Shown here: positions 47,919-62,265 of the stretch, in pieces
How positions within the stretch are numbered: position 1 is the stretch's first letter
Layout: every line of letters starts with the position of its first letter
Source: a bacterium
GTDB taxonomy: Bacteria > Myxococcota_A > Bradymonadia > UBA7976 > UBA1532
Direction: 5' to 3'
NCBI GenBank assembly: GCA_030426085.1
Contig: JAUHYW010000012.1
Location: 2,425-66,424, forward strand
Length of the DNA: 64,000 bases
Made by a program: the position numbers and the translations under genes
The notes under the pieces: model-generated
Seen by the model: the letters and a program-made list of their open reading frames with translations, nothing else
Told to the model about the DNA's origin: nothing
The model's database searches: none

Positions 47919-49697
47919 GTGCCCCAGAAGCCACTCGACGTCACCCCCATCGACCCGCCCGAGCGCCGCCCCCAGCGGGGCGCCCGATTCGCCGCGCCCG
48001 GCGAGCGCAAGACCCGCTACACGCTGCCCGATGCGCTGCGCTCGACCTCGCCGGTGGGCTACCGCACCCGGGTCCCGCTGACCCGGGACGAGGCGGCGCA
48101 GGCGCTGCATTTGCTGTCGATGCCCCGCCCCACCGGCTTCGGCGAACCCCGCCCGATCAGCGAAGGCGCGCTCTTCGAAGAGTGCAGCCTGGGCGTGCTC
48201 TCGGCCCGGCAGTCGACCAACTACCGCGGCTTCCGCCAGATCACGCTCGGCCCCGACCGTCAGGCCGAGGTCGCCGGGCTGCTGCGCCGGCTGGACGGCG
48301 TCGAGGCCCCGCCGCTCGACGGCGCGAGCCACTGCCACCTCGTGCTGGGGCGGCCCTATCGCAACCCGTTCACGCTGCTGCTGACGCTGGTGGGGCACCG
48401 CCCGCTGACCAGCCTCGCCACGGTCGCACTGCGCGCGATCCGCAAGCGCACGCAGTTCATCGACGACATCCCGACCATCGGCTACCTGCCCCACCTGCAC
48501 GTCGGCATCCTGGCCGACGCGATGGAGCGGGCGGCGGTCATTGCCTCGGCCGGCGAGCGGCGGGCGGTGGCCTACATGCGGCCGTTCGTCGACGGGGCGG
48601 CGAAGCGCAACGCCAAAGCCATCCGGGCGCTGGAGGCGCTGTGCGGGCTGAGCCTGCGCGACCGGCTCGCCGGCTGGCGGCTGGTGCTGGTGACCCAGAC
48701 CGGGGCCGCCCTGCCCGCGGAGCGCATCGACCTGCCCGCGCCGACCGCGCGCAAGCTGGGCGCCAACCTGCTCGCGTTCCGCAGCGAGCGCATCCAGCCG
48801 GGGGTCAACCAGGAGGAGTCCGCGCCGGCCCCCTACCAGCTCCGCCAGGGCATGGACGTGCCCGAGAAGCTGGTCGAGATGGCCGGGCGGGCGGCGTACA
48901 ACGCGTTCGAGCACTGGACCGGCCTCGACCGCGAGCTGGCCCGGCGGCTGCTGATGCTCGACCGGGTCGACGTGCTGACCCCCGGGGGCAAAGCCCGGCT
49001 GCGGGCCATCCGGGGCGAGCTCAACGCCATCACCGACCGGGTCGTCGCCGAGATGCCGACCTGGGCCGACCTGCCCACCGGGCGCGCGTTCAGCCGCAAT
49101 GCCGAGCGGGGGCGCAAGGCGTTCGCGCTCGTCGGCCAGCGGATCTACATCGGCGGGCTGTCGAAGGCCGAGATGGCCGACAACGGCCTCGACTGGCACG
49201 CCGCCGTCCGGGCCTTCGGCGCCGCTGCGGCCCGGGGTGCGCTCGTCGCCGAGCTCATGGGCGTCGTCGATCTGCCCGACGACTGCGACCTGCTCGCCGG
49301 GATCTGCCTCATGGCCGGCCCGGTGAACCAGAACGACATCGGCAAACAGTACTACGGCTACGCCGACCTGCTCGGGGGCACCTTCCCCGAGCGCGACCCG
49401 ACCTCGCTGCTGGTGTGGACCCTCAAGGCCAAGACGGTCGCCGATCCCATCGGCAACGAGGAGCAGCTCCTCAACCCCGAGCGCAAGGGCGCCCTGGTCG
49501 ACCTGCGCCCCGGGCCGCACGAGGTGATCGAGGTCGAGCGCGGCGGCGGGCGTCAGCCCATGCGGCAGGCGGGCGAGCGGACCAATACCGAGCGGGCGTT
49601 CGGCGACGTGGGCAACTTCGTCACCGACCCCGAGGGCCGCCCGATCGACGGCAACGACGGCGCCCCGTGGCCCGAGCGGGACACGACGGTCTGGTAG
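47919..49697 (+). CDS. Hypothetical cytoplasmic protein, 592 aa, no recognised domain
   Basis: Long ORF with host-like codon usage and globular composition; GGGAGG before the GTG start. Confidence 0.8.
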   Translation: MPQKPLDVTPIDPPERRPQRGARFAAPGERKTRYTLPDALRSTSPVGYRTRVPLTRDEAAQALHLLSMPRPTGFGEPRPISEGALFEECSLGVLSARQSTNYRGFRQITLGPDRQAEVAGLLRRLDGVEAPPLDGASHCHLVLGRPYRNPFTLLLTLVGHRPLTSLATVALRAIRKRTQFIDDIPTIGYLPHLHVGILADAMERAAVIASAGERRAVAYMRPFVDGAAKRNAKAIRALEALCGLSLRDRLAGWRLVLVTQTGAALPAERIDLPAPTARKLGANLLAFRSERIQPGVNQEESAPAPYQLRQGMDVPEKLVEMAGRAAYNAFEHWTGLDRELARRLLMLDRVDVLTPGGKARLRAIRGELNAITDRVVAEMPTWADLPTGRAFSRNAERGRKAFALVGQRIYIGGLSKAEMADNGLDWHAAVRAFGAAAARGALVAELMGVVDLPDDCDLLAGICLMAGPVNQNDIGKQYYGYADLLGGTFPERDPTSLLVWTLKAKTVADPIGNEEQLLNPERKGALVDLRPGPHEVIEVERGGGRQPMRQAGERTNTERAFGDVGNFVTDPEGRPIDGNDGAPWPERDTTVW

Positions 49698-49718
49698 CCC
49701 GGGCAGCGCGGGCGGCCG

Positions 49719-50363
49719 TCAGAAGCGGACCACCGCCGACAGGCCGGTGTACAGCCCGATCCAGCCCAGGTCGCTCTCCTGGTCGGTGCCGAAGCTGGCG
49801 TTGAAGTAGTTCAGCCCCAGCTCGCCCTGCAAGCCGAAGTGCCGCCCGAACATCACCTCGCCCGAGGTGAAGAGCGACAGGTTGACCACCAGCCCGTCGT
49901 AGTCGTCGTCGACGGTCTCCGAGAAGCTGTCCTCCTCGAAGGTGCTCTCCGACCCACCGGTCCCGGTGCCGATCCGGGCGCCGATGCGCAGCGCGGTCAC
50001 GTCGTCGGCCAGCAGCGCGTGGGCGTAGCCCACCGTCGCGCCGAAGGCGTAGGCGCTGTCCGAGGAGCTGCCGAACTCGCTCTCCCGCCCCCGGCTCGAC
50101 CGGTGAAAGGTCAGCCCGACCAGGATCTCCCCCGCCGCGCCGACCGGGATGAGCCCCTCGATCAGCGGCAGCGCCAGCATCTGCCGGTTGAACGTGGCCA
50201 GCACCGGGCCCTCGTTCTGGGGGAAGGACCACGTCTCGATGCCCTGCCCGACGAGGGTGGCCCTCAGCCCCGCCGACTGCCGGGCCGGCTCGGCGAGCGC
50301 GGGCGCGGCGAGCAGGCCGACGAGGCACGCAGCGAGGGAGAGACGAGTGATGAGCGATGGCAT
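49719..50363 (-). CDS. Small outer-membrane beta-barrel protein
   Basis: Signal peptide (ALA), amphipathic strands, terminal VVRF; GGGAG upstream of ATG 50363. Confidence 0.7.
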   Translation of the reverse strand: MPSLITRLSLAACLVGLLAAPALAEPARQSAGLRATLVGQGIETWSFPQNEGPVLATFNRQMLALPLIEGLIPVGAAGEILVGLTFHRSSRGRESEFGSSSDSAYAFGATVGYAHALLADDVTALRIGARIGTGTGGSESTFEEDSFSETVDDDYDGLVVNLSLFTSGEVMFGRHFGLQGELGLNYFNASFGTDQESDLGWIGLYTGLSAVVRF

Positions 50364-50548
50364 ATCGATGGCTCCCGATGGTTGAGCCGGCAGGCTATCA
50401 CCGAGCCGCCGGCCGCGCCAGAATCCGGGGTGCGGCGCCGAGGCCGGGGCGCGATTCCGGCCGGCGCCTGCGGGCGGGGCGTGGATGGGTCCGCCGCTGT
50501 GCATGGCCCCCGGCATCGGGCGGAAGGGCGCCATCATCAGATATGGGT

Positions 50549-50567
50549 ATGCCATCCGAGATGGCAT
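50549..50567. repeat. Hairpin upstream of the transposase
   Basis: ATGCCATC-CGA-GATGGCAT, a perfect 8-bp stem. Confidence 0.7.
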
Positions 50568-50699
50568 CTCGCTGCCTTCCGGAGCCCGATTCCGAGCCTC
50601 ACCCCGTGCGGTGTTTCGCCGGTTCATCTCACGATTCTGCGCAACAACCGCTCCGGCTGATCGATGAGCCCTTCGAGACCACTTCTCTCGGAGGCGCCG

Positions 50700-51644
50700 A
50701 TGCCCCGCCCGCTGATGTTCGTCCCCCGGCCCTGGACCCCGTTCGAAATCACGATGCGCTGCATGCACAGCCGCCTGCTGATGCGGCCGGGCGACGAATG
50801 CAGCCGGCGGGTGCTGGGCGTGATCGGGCGGGCGCTGGAGCTGTACGGCGCGCATGTGCACCTGTACTTCGCGGGGGGCACGAGCAACCACCTGCATATC
50901 GTGGCGGCGTTCGAGAGCGCCGAGTGGAAGGCGCGGTTCAAGTGCCACATCAAGGCCAACATCTCGAAGGAGCTGGGCGAGCTGTTCGACTGGCCGGGCT
51001 GCTATTGGGACCGGCGCACGCGGGACATCGCGATCCTGGACGACGGCGCCTTGGCGGATCGGCTGGCTTACCTGGCTGCGCACGGGGTGAAAGAGGGTTT
51101 GGTCGAGACTCCGGGTTGCTGGCCCGGGATCCAGTGGGTGCGGGCGGTGACGGAGGGCCGGCCGCTGGTGGGGGTGTGGTACGACCGCAGCCGGCTATGT
51201 GCGTTGCGGCAGCGGTGGACGCAGGGCGGACGGCGCGGTCCGAAGCCGACGCTGGGCGACGTGGCGCTGCGCAAGGTGGTCCGGTTGACGCCGCCGCCGA
51301 TGTGGGCCGGGTTGGGAGAGGACGTGCTGCGGGCGAAGTGGGTCGAGCTGGTGGAGCTGGCGGTGGAGCGGCATCCGGCGCCGTGGCCGACGCGGGTGGT
51401 GGGGGCGGCGGCGCTGGTGGAGATGGACCCGCATACCCGGCCGCCGCAGACGAAGAAGTCGCCGGCGCCGCGGGTGCACACGCGGTGCAAGACACTGCGG
51501 AGGGCGTGGGGCGAGGCGTACGATGCGTTCGTGGCGGCGTACCGGGCGGCGCTGCACGCGCTGCGGGAGGGGTGGGAGGCGGTGGGGTTCCCGGAGGAGG
51601 GTTGCCGGCCGGCGGTGCTGCTGCCGGAGGCGGGCGGGGGGTAG
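50700..51644 (+). mobile_element. RAYT-like / IS200-type Y1 HUH transposase gene
   Basis: ITMRC near the N-terminus, SNHLHI (HUH), YWDRR and LAYLAAHGVKEGLV..P..WPG (catalytic Tyr region); atypical G/T-rich coding strand. Confidence 0.85.
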
Positions 51645-51804
51645 CGCGCGGCGGGCTCGCGCAAGCGTGAGCAGGATTCGGGTTGGCGGGGCGCCGGGGT
51701 CGGGCGTGTGGGGGAGGTGCGCTCTGTCACGGGCGCGGTCGCCGTCGGGCAGCGGAGGCGGTGTCTCGGTGTGGCCGGGAAGGGCTCGGGAGGGGGACAG
51801 ATAT

Positions 51805-51825
51805 CCGAGTTCGACACTCGGCTAC
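51805..51825 (-). repeat. GTAG-type REP-like hairpin downstream of the transposase
   Basis: Minus strand GTAG-CCGAGT-GTCGA-ACTCGG. Confidence 0.6.
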
Positions 51826-51836
51826 CCCTCCGCTCG

Positions 51837-51934
51837 GTACCGCGTCCTCTACCTTCATCAGATGGTTGGCACCTTATCCAGTACCAGTACAGTACCGCGT
51901 CCTCTACCTTCATCAGATGGTTGGCACCTTATCC
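51837..51934. repeat. Exact 43-bp direct repeat, two copies
   Basis: GTACCGCGTCCTCTACCTTCATCAGATGGTTGGCACCTTATCC at 51837-51879 and 51892-51934, separated by AGTACCAGTACA. Confidence 0.95.
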
Positions 51935-51948
51935 GCACCCTTTCCCGC

Positions 51949-53358
<1,410 letters not shown>

Positions 53359-53419
53359 CCTCCTCGGCGGGACGGGGCGGCCGGGAGTATGGCCCGGGGG
53401 CCGGGCGGGGGCAACCGGA

Positions 53420-53605
53420 TCAGCCCGCCCCGGTCTCTGCCTCGTCGTGAGCCGACGCCCCGCGCCGGAGCACCGCGGCGACGGCGAGCCAGGCCACGGT
53501 GAAGACGACGAGGGCGGCGGCGATGTTGGCCGGCTCGGGGGCGAGGACTTCTTCGAGGCCGGCGACGGCGCCGATGGCGGCGGGCAGGGGCAGAAGCTGG
53601 TTCAT
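53420..53605 (-). CDS. Small membrane protein (61 aa)
   Basis: GGAG 6 nt before the ATG; one strong TM helix. Confidence 0.45.
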   Translation of the reverse strand: MNQLLPLPAAIGAVAGLEEVLAPEPANIAAALVVFTVAWLAVAAVLRRGASAHDEAETGAG

Positions 53606-53804
53606 GAGTCACTCCGAAAGAAAATCAGGGGATGCCCGCATAGCCCAGCAATTCCCGGGCCAGGGGCCGCCGGGCCAGATCTGCTGACAGACGGTGTCAG
53701 TAGATCCGCCCGATGGTCCCCGACGGGTGTCGATCCTGGCCATCATTGAACGTCGGTTCAGTCACAGGGCCGCGAACGGCGGCCCGCTGCGGAGGAGGTG
53801 CCCC

Positions 53805-55253
53805 ATGAAGCGGTGGATCGACGAGCGATCCGAAGTGCGCGGTCCGGTCCGGGTCGCGGTCGCCAGGAGCCGGCTCTGGCCCTGGCTGGCGGTCGGCCTC
53901 GTCGGCCTCGGCGGCTGCATCGACGTGCCGTCCCGGCCGATGGAGGGTGAGGCCGCCGGGGACCTCGACCCGCCCGACGTGGGGGTGGTGTCCGACGGGG
54001 CGCTGCCCGAGCAGCCCGATCCCGAGGACATCGACGACCCCGAGGCGCTCGTACGGGACGGCGCGGTCGAGGGCGTGGCGGACGTGCGCGATGGCCGTCC
54101 GGACGGCGCGGCGGCGGGCCCCGGTGAGCAGCCGCCGCCGGTGCGATTCGCCACACCCGACCCCGCCCGCTGCCCCGATGGGGGGGCGCTGGTCCCCGGC
54201 GTCGAGCAGTGCCTGTCGATCGAGTCGGCGCCCGAGCTGCCCGCCCCGCGCAGCCGGATCGCGGGCGTGGCTCTGCCCGACGGGCGGGTGCTGGTGGCCG
54301 GCGGCGCCGGGCCGGACGGCGGGCCGCACGCCGAGACGTGGATCCTGGAGGACGGCGCGTGGGTCGACGGCCCGCCGCTGCCGGTGGCGGTGGCCGGGGC
54401 CCGGGCGGTGGCGGTGGACGGCGGGGCGTGGCTGGTCGGCGGCCGCGGTGAAGCCCGGGGCGCGACCGTGCTGGCGGTCGAGCCCGACGGGGACGCGATG
54501 CGGGTCGGCGAGCTGGCCGCGCCCCGGGAGTCGGGCTTCTCGGTGCATCGCCTGGGCGACGGCCGGGTGGTGGCGGTCGGCGGCGGTCGGGAGGGCTTCC
54601 CGCCGGTCGGGGCCGAGCTGCTGGGGCCGGTGGCCGAGGCCCCGGGCCGCCTGGGGCTGCCCCGGCGGTCGCACGCCGCGGCGGTGGCGCCCGACGGGTC
54701 GCTGTGGGTGATCGGCGGGGTCGACGAAGACGGGCTGGTGCGGTTCGCGCCCGAGGTGCTCGCCCCCGATGAGCCGGTGTGGCGCTCGGTGCCGGGGCCG
54801 GCGGGCTGGTCGATGGCCCGGGGGGCGGCGGCGGCGAGCGGGGCGACGGTGCTCTTCGCCGGGGGGGTCGATCCCGAGGGTCGATCGCTGCGCCGGGCGG
54901 GCACCTACGACCCCGACGAGGGCCATTGGGTGGCGGTCGGCGGGCTCAACCTGCCCCAGTCCGACCTGGCGCTGGCGCCCATCGGCGACGGGGGCGCGGT
55001 GCTGGCGGTGGGGGCGGCGGCGATCGAGGTCTACGATCCGGTCGACGGCGGCTTCTTCGTGGTGACCGACGCGAGCCCGCTGCTGCGCGGCGAGGCGGCG
55101 GTCGTGGCGGTGGACGGCGGGGTGCTGGTGGTCGGCGGCACGGGCGCGGGGCGGGTGCTGAGCCGCGGGTTCATGGTCCGGCTCGAGCCGGCGCTGCCCC
55201 CGGCGGACGATCCGCCGCCCGAGGAGGAGGACGGCGAGGCGGCCGACCGCTGA
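53805..55253 (+). CDS. Kelch-repeat lipoprotein
   Basis: GGAGGAGG RBS; LGGC lipobox; repeated DGRVLVAGG / WVIGG / EVYDP kelch motifs. Confidence 0.85.
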   Translation: MKRWIDERSEVRGPVRVAVARSRLWPWLAVGLVGLGGCIDVPSRPMEGEAAGDLDPPDVGVVSDGALPEQPDPEDIDDPEALVRDGAVEGVADVRDGRPDGAAAGPGEQPPPVRFATPDPARCPDGGALVPGVEQCLSIESAPELPAPRSRIAGVALPDGRVLVAGGAGPDGGPHAETWILEDGAWVDGPPLPVAVAGARAVAVDGGAWLVGGRGEARGATVLAVEPDGDAMRVGELAAPRESGFSVHRLGDGRVVAVGGGREGFPPVGAELLGPVAEAPGRLGLPRRSHAAAVAPDGSLWVIGGVDEDGLVRFAPEVLAPDEPVWRSVPGPAGWSMARGAAAASGATVLFAGGVDPEGRSLRRAGTYDPDEGHWVAVGGLNLPQSDLALAPIGDGGAVLAVGAAAIEVYDPVDGGFFVVTDASPLLRGEAAVVAVDGGVLVVGGTGAGRVLSRGFMVRLEPALPPADDPPPEEEDGEAADR

Positions 55254-55281
55254 GCGGCCGGGGCGTTGCGGTGGCGCGCGC

Positions 55282-55965
55282 TCAGCGGGCCCCGTCCGGC
55301 GCCCGCAGCAGGCCGATGTTGATGTCCGGCGAGCCGGTCGCCTGCCACAGCCGCAGCCACAACAGCAGGTAGGCTTCGGTGCCCCGGGCGGTCGACAGGT
55401 CGCCGAGGTCGACGATCTGCCGCCAGCCGAAGCCCTCGAGCATCGCCTTCACCGTGGCCTTGGCCTCGGCGTCGTCTCCGCTGACGAAGACCGCGCCCTG
55501 GCCCGCCACCCGGTCGGGGTCGACCATCACCGAGGCGTTGACCGTGTTCAGCGTCTTGACCACCCGGGCCTTCGGCGCCGCCCGCTGGAGGCGCTCGGCG
55601 AGCGAGTCGTGGCCGAAGACGAAGAGCGACGGCGGCATGCCCTGGCTGAAGTCGAGGGGGTTGGTGATATCGACGAGCACCTTGCCGTCGAGCGCCGCCC
55701 CGTCGGCCCCCTTGCGCGCGGCGTCGACCACCGCCTCGGCGTGCTCGCCCTTGACCGCGAGCAGCACCAGCTCGGCCCCGGCGGCGGCGGTGGCGAAGTC
55801 GGACTGCCCGGCGCGCTCGCCGTGGGCCTCGGCCCAGGCGGTCGCGCCGTCGTGGCGGGCGCTGCGCGATCCGAGGGTCACCCGGTGGCCCAGCCCGACC
55901 AGCTTCGTGGCCAGCGCCTTGCCCACCATGCCGGTGCCCAGGACGGCGATCGATGTCGGCTTCAT
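55282..55965 (-). CDS. NADPH-dependent F420-reductase-like oxidoreductase
   Basis: [36 protein letters not shown] and DLGDL; AGGAG RBS. Confidence 0.9.
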   Translation of the reverse strand: MKPTSIAVLGTGMVGKALATKLVGLGHRVTLGSRSARHDGATAWAEAHGERAGQSDFATAAAGAELVLLAVKGEHAEAVVDAARKGADGAALDGKVLVDITNPLDFSQGMPPSLFVFGHDSLAERLQRAAPKARVVKTLNTVNASVMVDPDRVAGQGAVFVSGDDAEAKATVKAMLEGFGWRQIVDLGDLSTARGTEAYLLLWLRLWQATGSPDINIGLLRAPDGAR

Positions 55966-56125
55966 GTGTCTGCTCCTGCGGGTGTGCGCGACCGCGGCCG
56001 CGGTGGTCGTCCGGTGCGTGCAGCGACGATAGCGCGCCTCGGCGATGCACGGTGGAATTCCCTGTGACCCGAGGGCGATTCGGGTATCCTTCGCCCCCTT
56101 CTGGAACACCGCCGGAGGCTTCGAG

Positions 56126-59011
<2,886 letters not shown>

Positions 59012-59089
59012 GCCGACGATCGACCCTCGATCGCCGCCGAGCGGCGGGTTGCACTTGACCTCCCGGCGTGCGCGGGGCTCGATGGTGCA

Positions 59090-61558
59090 GTGCACGACGA
59101 CTCCGATGAAGGCGCCAGCAGGGACGGGGCATCCCCGCTGAGCGGCCCGCCGGCGGGGCAGGACGGCTGGAGCCCTCATCAGCTCGAGCAGCTCCGGACC
59201 CTCGCCGACTCCGTCACCCGGCCCCGGTGGGCGGCCGAGTTCGGGGCCCTCGTCGAGCCCCCGGTCACCGACGACCCCCGCTACGACTGGCTCGAGCCGA
59301 TCGCCGGCGGAGGCCAGGGCGACATCTGGCGGGTCTTCGACCGCCGGCTCGACCGCCAGCTCGCGATCAAGGTGCTGCGCCCGGGGGCCAGCGAGCGGGC
59401 GTGCGCCGCGATGCGCCTGGAGTGCGCGATCACCGTCTCACTGTCCCACCCGGGCATCGTGCCGGTCTTCGACCGGGGCGAGACCGACGACGGCCGCCCG
59501 TGGTTCGCGATGAAGGTGGTCGAGGGCGAGGCGCTCGCCGCGATCTTCGAGCGGGTGCACAAGGGCCCGCCGGGCGGGGGCGGGGCCCGGTGGACGACCC
59601 GCCGGCTGATCGACCTGCTCGGCCGCATCTGCGACGCGGTGGCCTACGCCCACCAGCGGGGGGTGGTGCACGGCGACCTCAAGCCGGCCAACATCATGGT
59701 CGGCCCCTTCGGCGAGGCGCTGGTGATGGACTGGGGGCTCGCCCGGCGCATCGGTGATCCGGCGCCGACGACCGGCAGCGGCCGCCCGGCGGGCACCGCT
59801 GGCTACCTGCCCCCCGAGCGCTATCGGCACCCCCGCCGGCTCTCGCCGGCCACCGATATCTACGCCCTCGGCGCGATCCTGTACCGCATCCTGACCACGC
59901 GCCGGCTGCCGCTGGCCGACGGCGCGCTGGCCGACGACCCGTGGCCCGCCGGCCTCGACGCCTCCCAGATCCGGGCCCCGGCCGAGCTCGTCGACCTGTG
60001 CCGGGCGGCGATGCACCCCGACCCCGGGCGTCGGCTGGAGGGGGCCGGCGAGCTCGGCGCGGCCCTCGTCGGCTGGCTCGACGGCGCCCGCCAGCGGGAG
60101 CAGGCTCTGAAGCTGGTCGCCGAGGCCCGGGTCATCCGCCAGCACATCGAGACCGTGCGGGGCGAGGTCGCCGACCTCGAGCGGCGGGCCCGCATCGCGC
60201 TCGAAGGCGTGCGCCCCTCGGACCCGGTCACCTACAAGCGGGACGGCTGGCGGCTGGCCGATGCCGCCCGGTTCAAGGCCGAGGCGCTCGCGCTCGAGGA
60301 GCTCTCGTTCGAGCAGACCCTGCGGGCGGCGCTCACCCGGGTGCCCGACCTGCCCGAAGCCAACGCCGCCCTCGCTGAGCACTACCGGGTGGCCCTGATC
60401 CGGGCCGAGGCCCGGCGGGATACGCCCGCCGCCCGGCGCCATGCCGAGCTGCTGCGGACCTACGATGACGGGCGCCACGCCCGGTGGCTGGCCGGCGACG
60501 GCGCCTTGACCCTGATCTGCGACCCGGTCGACGCCCGGGTCACGCTCTTCCGCTACGCCGAGCGCGATCGGCGGCTGCTGCCGGTCGACCCCCAGGCGCT
60601 GGGGCAGGGGCCCATCTTCCGCCGGGAGATGCCCCGGGGCAGTTATCTGGCGGTGCTCGAGGCGCCGGGGCACGAGGCGGTGCGCTACCCGATCCACATC
60701 GGCCGGGGCGAGCACTGGCACGGCCGGCCGCCGGGCGGTGACCGGGCCCGCCCCATCCGCCTGCCCCGGGCGGGGGCCATCGGCCCCGACGAGATCTACG
60801 TGCCCGCCGGCTGGACCCGGATCGGGGGCGACCCCGAGGCCCCCGACCCGCTCGACGCCCGCCGGCTGTGGGTCGACGGCTTCGTCATCGGGCGCACCTC
60901 GGTCACCCACCGGGCGTGGCTGGCCTGCATGCAGCGGCTGCTCGATGACGGATTCGAAGACGCCGCGGGGGCGCTCATGCCCCGCAGCCGGGGCGCGCGG
61001 GGGGGCGGGCTGTACCTGCGCGAGGGGTCGACCTGGATCCCGGGCGTCACCGAAGACGACGACCCGATCCGGCTCGACGGGCCGGTCGTGCTCGTCGACT
61101 GGTATCAGGCCGACCGGTTCGCCGACCTCGAATCCGAGCGCACCGGGCTGCCCTGGCGGCTGCCGCACGACGTCGAGTGGGAGAAGGCGGCCCGGGGCGT
61201 CGACGGCCGCCACCTGCCGTGGGGCGACCACTTCGACCCCAGCCGGGCGGTGGTGCTGGAGAGCTTCGCCGACCGACCCCGCCCCACCGCGGTCGCCGCC
61301 GCCGACGACGACGAGAGCCCCTACGGGGTGCGGGACACCGTCGGCTGCATCCGCAACTGGTGCGCCTCGGGCTACGCCCAGGCCGGGCCCGAGGGCGACC
61401 GGCTGCTGCTCGAGGGCGGCGAGGGCCAGTTTCGCGCGGTGCGCGGCGGGCACTGGGCCAGCAAGTCGGTGCACTGCCGGCCGGCGGGCCGCTTCGCCAA
61501 CCGGCCCGAGCAGCGGTTCCGGGTCATCGGGGTCCGCCTCGTGCGCAGCTTCGGCTGA
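59090..61558 (+). CDS. Ser/Thr kinase + coiled region + FGE/SUMF1-like domain protein
   Basis: GGGQG, AIK, HGDLKPAN, DWG and GTAGYLPPE; RLPHDVEWEKAARG, SPYGV, RGG.W and GVRLVR. Confidence 0.9.
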   Translation: MHDDSDEGASRDGASPLSGPPAGQDGWSPHQLEQLRTLADSVTRPRWAAEFGALVEPPVTDDPRYDWLEPIAGGGQGDIWRVFDRRLDRQLAIKVLRPGASERACAAMRLECAITVSLSHPGIVPVFDRGETDDGRPWFAMKVVEGEALAAIFERVHKGPPGGGGARWTTRRLIDLLGRICDAVAYAHQRGVVHGDLKPANIMVGPFGEALVMDWGLARRIGDPAPTTGSGRPAGTAGYLPPERYRHPRRLSPATDIYALGAILYRILTTRRLPLADGALADDPWPAGLDASQIRAPAELVDLCRAAMHPDPGRRLEGAGELGAALVGWLDGARQREQALKLVAEARVIRQHIETVRGEVADLERRARIALEGVRPSDPVTYKRDGWRLADAARFKAEALALEELSFEQTLRAALTRVPDLPEANAALAEHYRVALIRAEARRDTPAARRHAELLRTYDDGRHARWLAGDGALTLICDPVDARVTLFRYAERDRRLLPVDPQALGQGPIFRREMPRGSYLAVLEAPGHEAVRYPIHIGRGEHWHGRPPGGDRARPIRLPRAGAIGPDEIYVPAGWTRIGGDPEAPDPLDARRLWVDGFVIGRTSVTHRAWLACMQRLLDDGFEDAAGALMPRSRGARGGGLYLREGSTWIPGVTEDDDPIRLDGPVVLVDWYQADRFADLESERTGLPWRLPHDVEWEKAARGVDGRHLPWGDHFDPSRAVVLESFADRPRPTAVAAADDDESPYGVRDTVGCIRNWCASGYAQAGPEGDRLLLEGGEGQFRAVRGGHWASKSVHCRPAGRFANRPEQRFRVIGVRLVRSFG

Positions 61559-61576
61559 GCCCGCCCGCTGCGGGGC

Positions 61577-62122
61577 TCAGCGGGGGGCGTAGACCGTGCG
61601 CCGATCACCCGCCTCGAGGGGCCAGCGGTCGACCCCTACAAACGTGTCGGGGCCCGCCGCCGGCCCGACGCCCCCGACCACCCGGTAGTGCTCGATGGCG
61701 AGCACCGCGCACTTGGCGGTGCACTTGGGGTCGATGACGAGCTTCAGGGCGCTGTCGGCGACCCCGTCCGAGGGTCGGGACCAGATGTGCCCCCGCTTGA
61801 GCCAGTGTGGCCCGTCGAGGAGCTCGGTGCTCGGCCACAGGGCGCGGGCGTCGAGCGGCGGCAGACCCTGGTAGACCGTCGAGCGCATCGTGAGCGACCC
61901 GCCGAGCGCCGCCGGGGAGATCGTGCCCCGTACGTAGAGCGCGCCCGTCTTCGTCACCGACCACACCTCGGCGACGACCTCACGCTCGTCACATGGGCCG
62001 TCGGTCTCGATGACGTGGCGCAGCACCATGCCCTCCAGACCCCCGGTGAGCTGAGCCGAAGCCGGCGCCGCCAGGCTACAGATGCCGATGATGATGCTGA
62101 TACAAATGGTGAAATAGGTCAT
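61577..62122 (-). CDS. Hypothetical secreted protein with an AT-richer 5' end
   Basis: Signal-like MTYFTICISIIIGICSLAAPASA; AGGAG upstream; function not recognised. Confidence 0.55.
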   Translation of the reverse strand: MTYFTICISIIIGICSLAAPASAQLTGGLEGMVLRHVIETDGPCDEREVVAEVWSVTKTGALYVRGTISPAALGGSLTMRSTVYQGLPPLDARALWPSTELLDGPHWLKRGHIWSRPSDGVADSALKLVIDPKCTAKCAVLAIEHYRVVGGVGPAAGPDTFVGVDRWPLEAGDRRTVYAPR

Positions 62123-62265
62123 TACTCTGTCTCCTGCGGCGCACATAGCTCTAGTAACGCAATTGACGTTACGACCGTCACTTTTTATGGTGTTGGAAAA
62201 TTTCTCCACTACTTGTCATGACAAGTGGTCTTTCCCGTCGCGGGATCCGAGCCCCGGAGGCCCCC

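Noticed and set aside
51837..51934. Mini-CRISPR
   Set aside because: Only two repeats with a 12-nt spacer, and no cas genes.
55966..56125. Glycine riboswitch upstream of gcvP
   Set aside because: The conserved GGAGA/CCGAAG/CTCTCAGG elements are not present.
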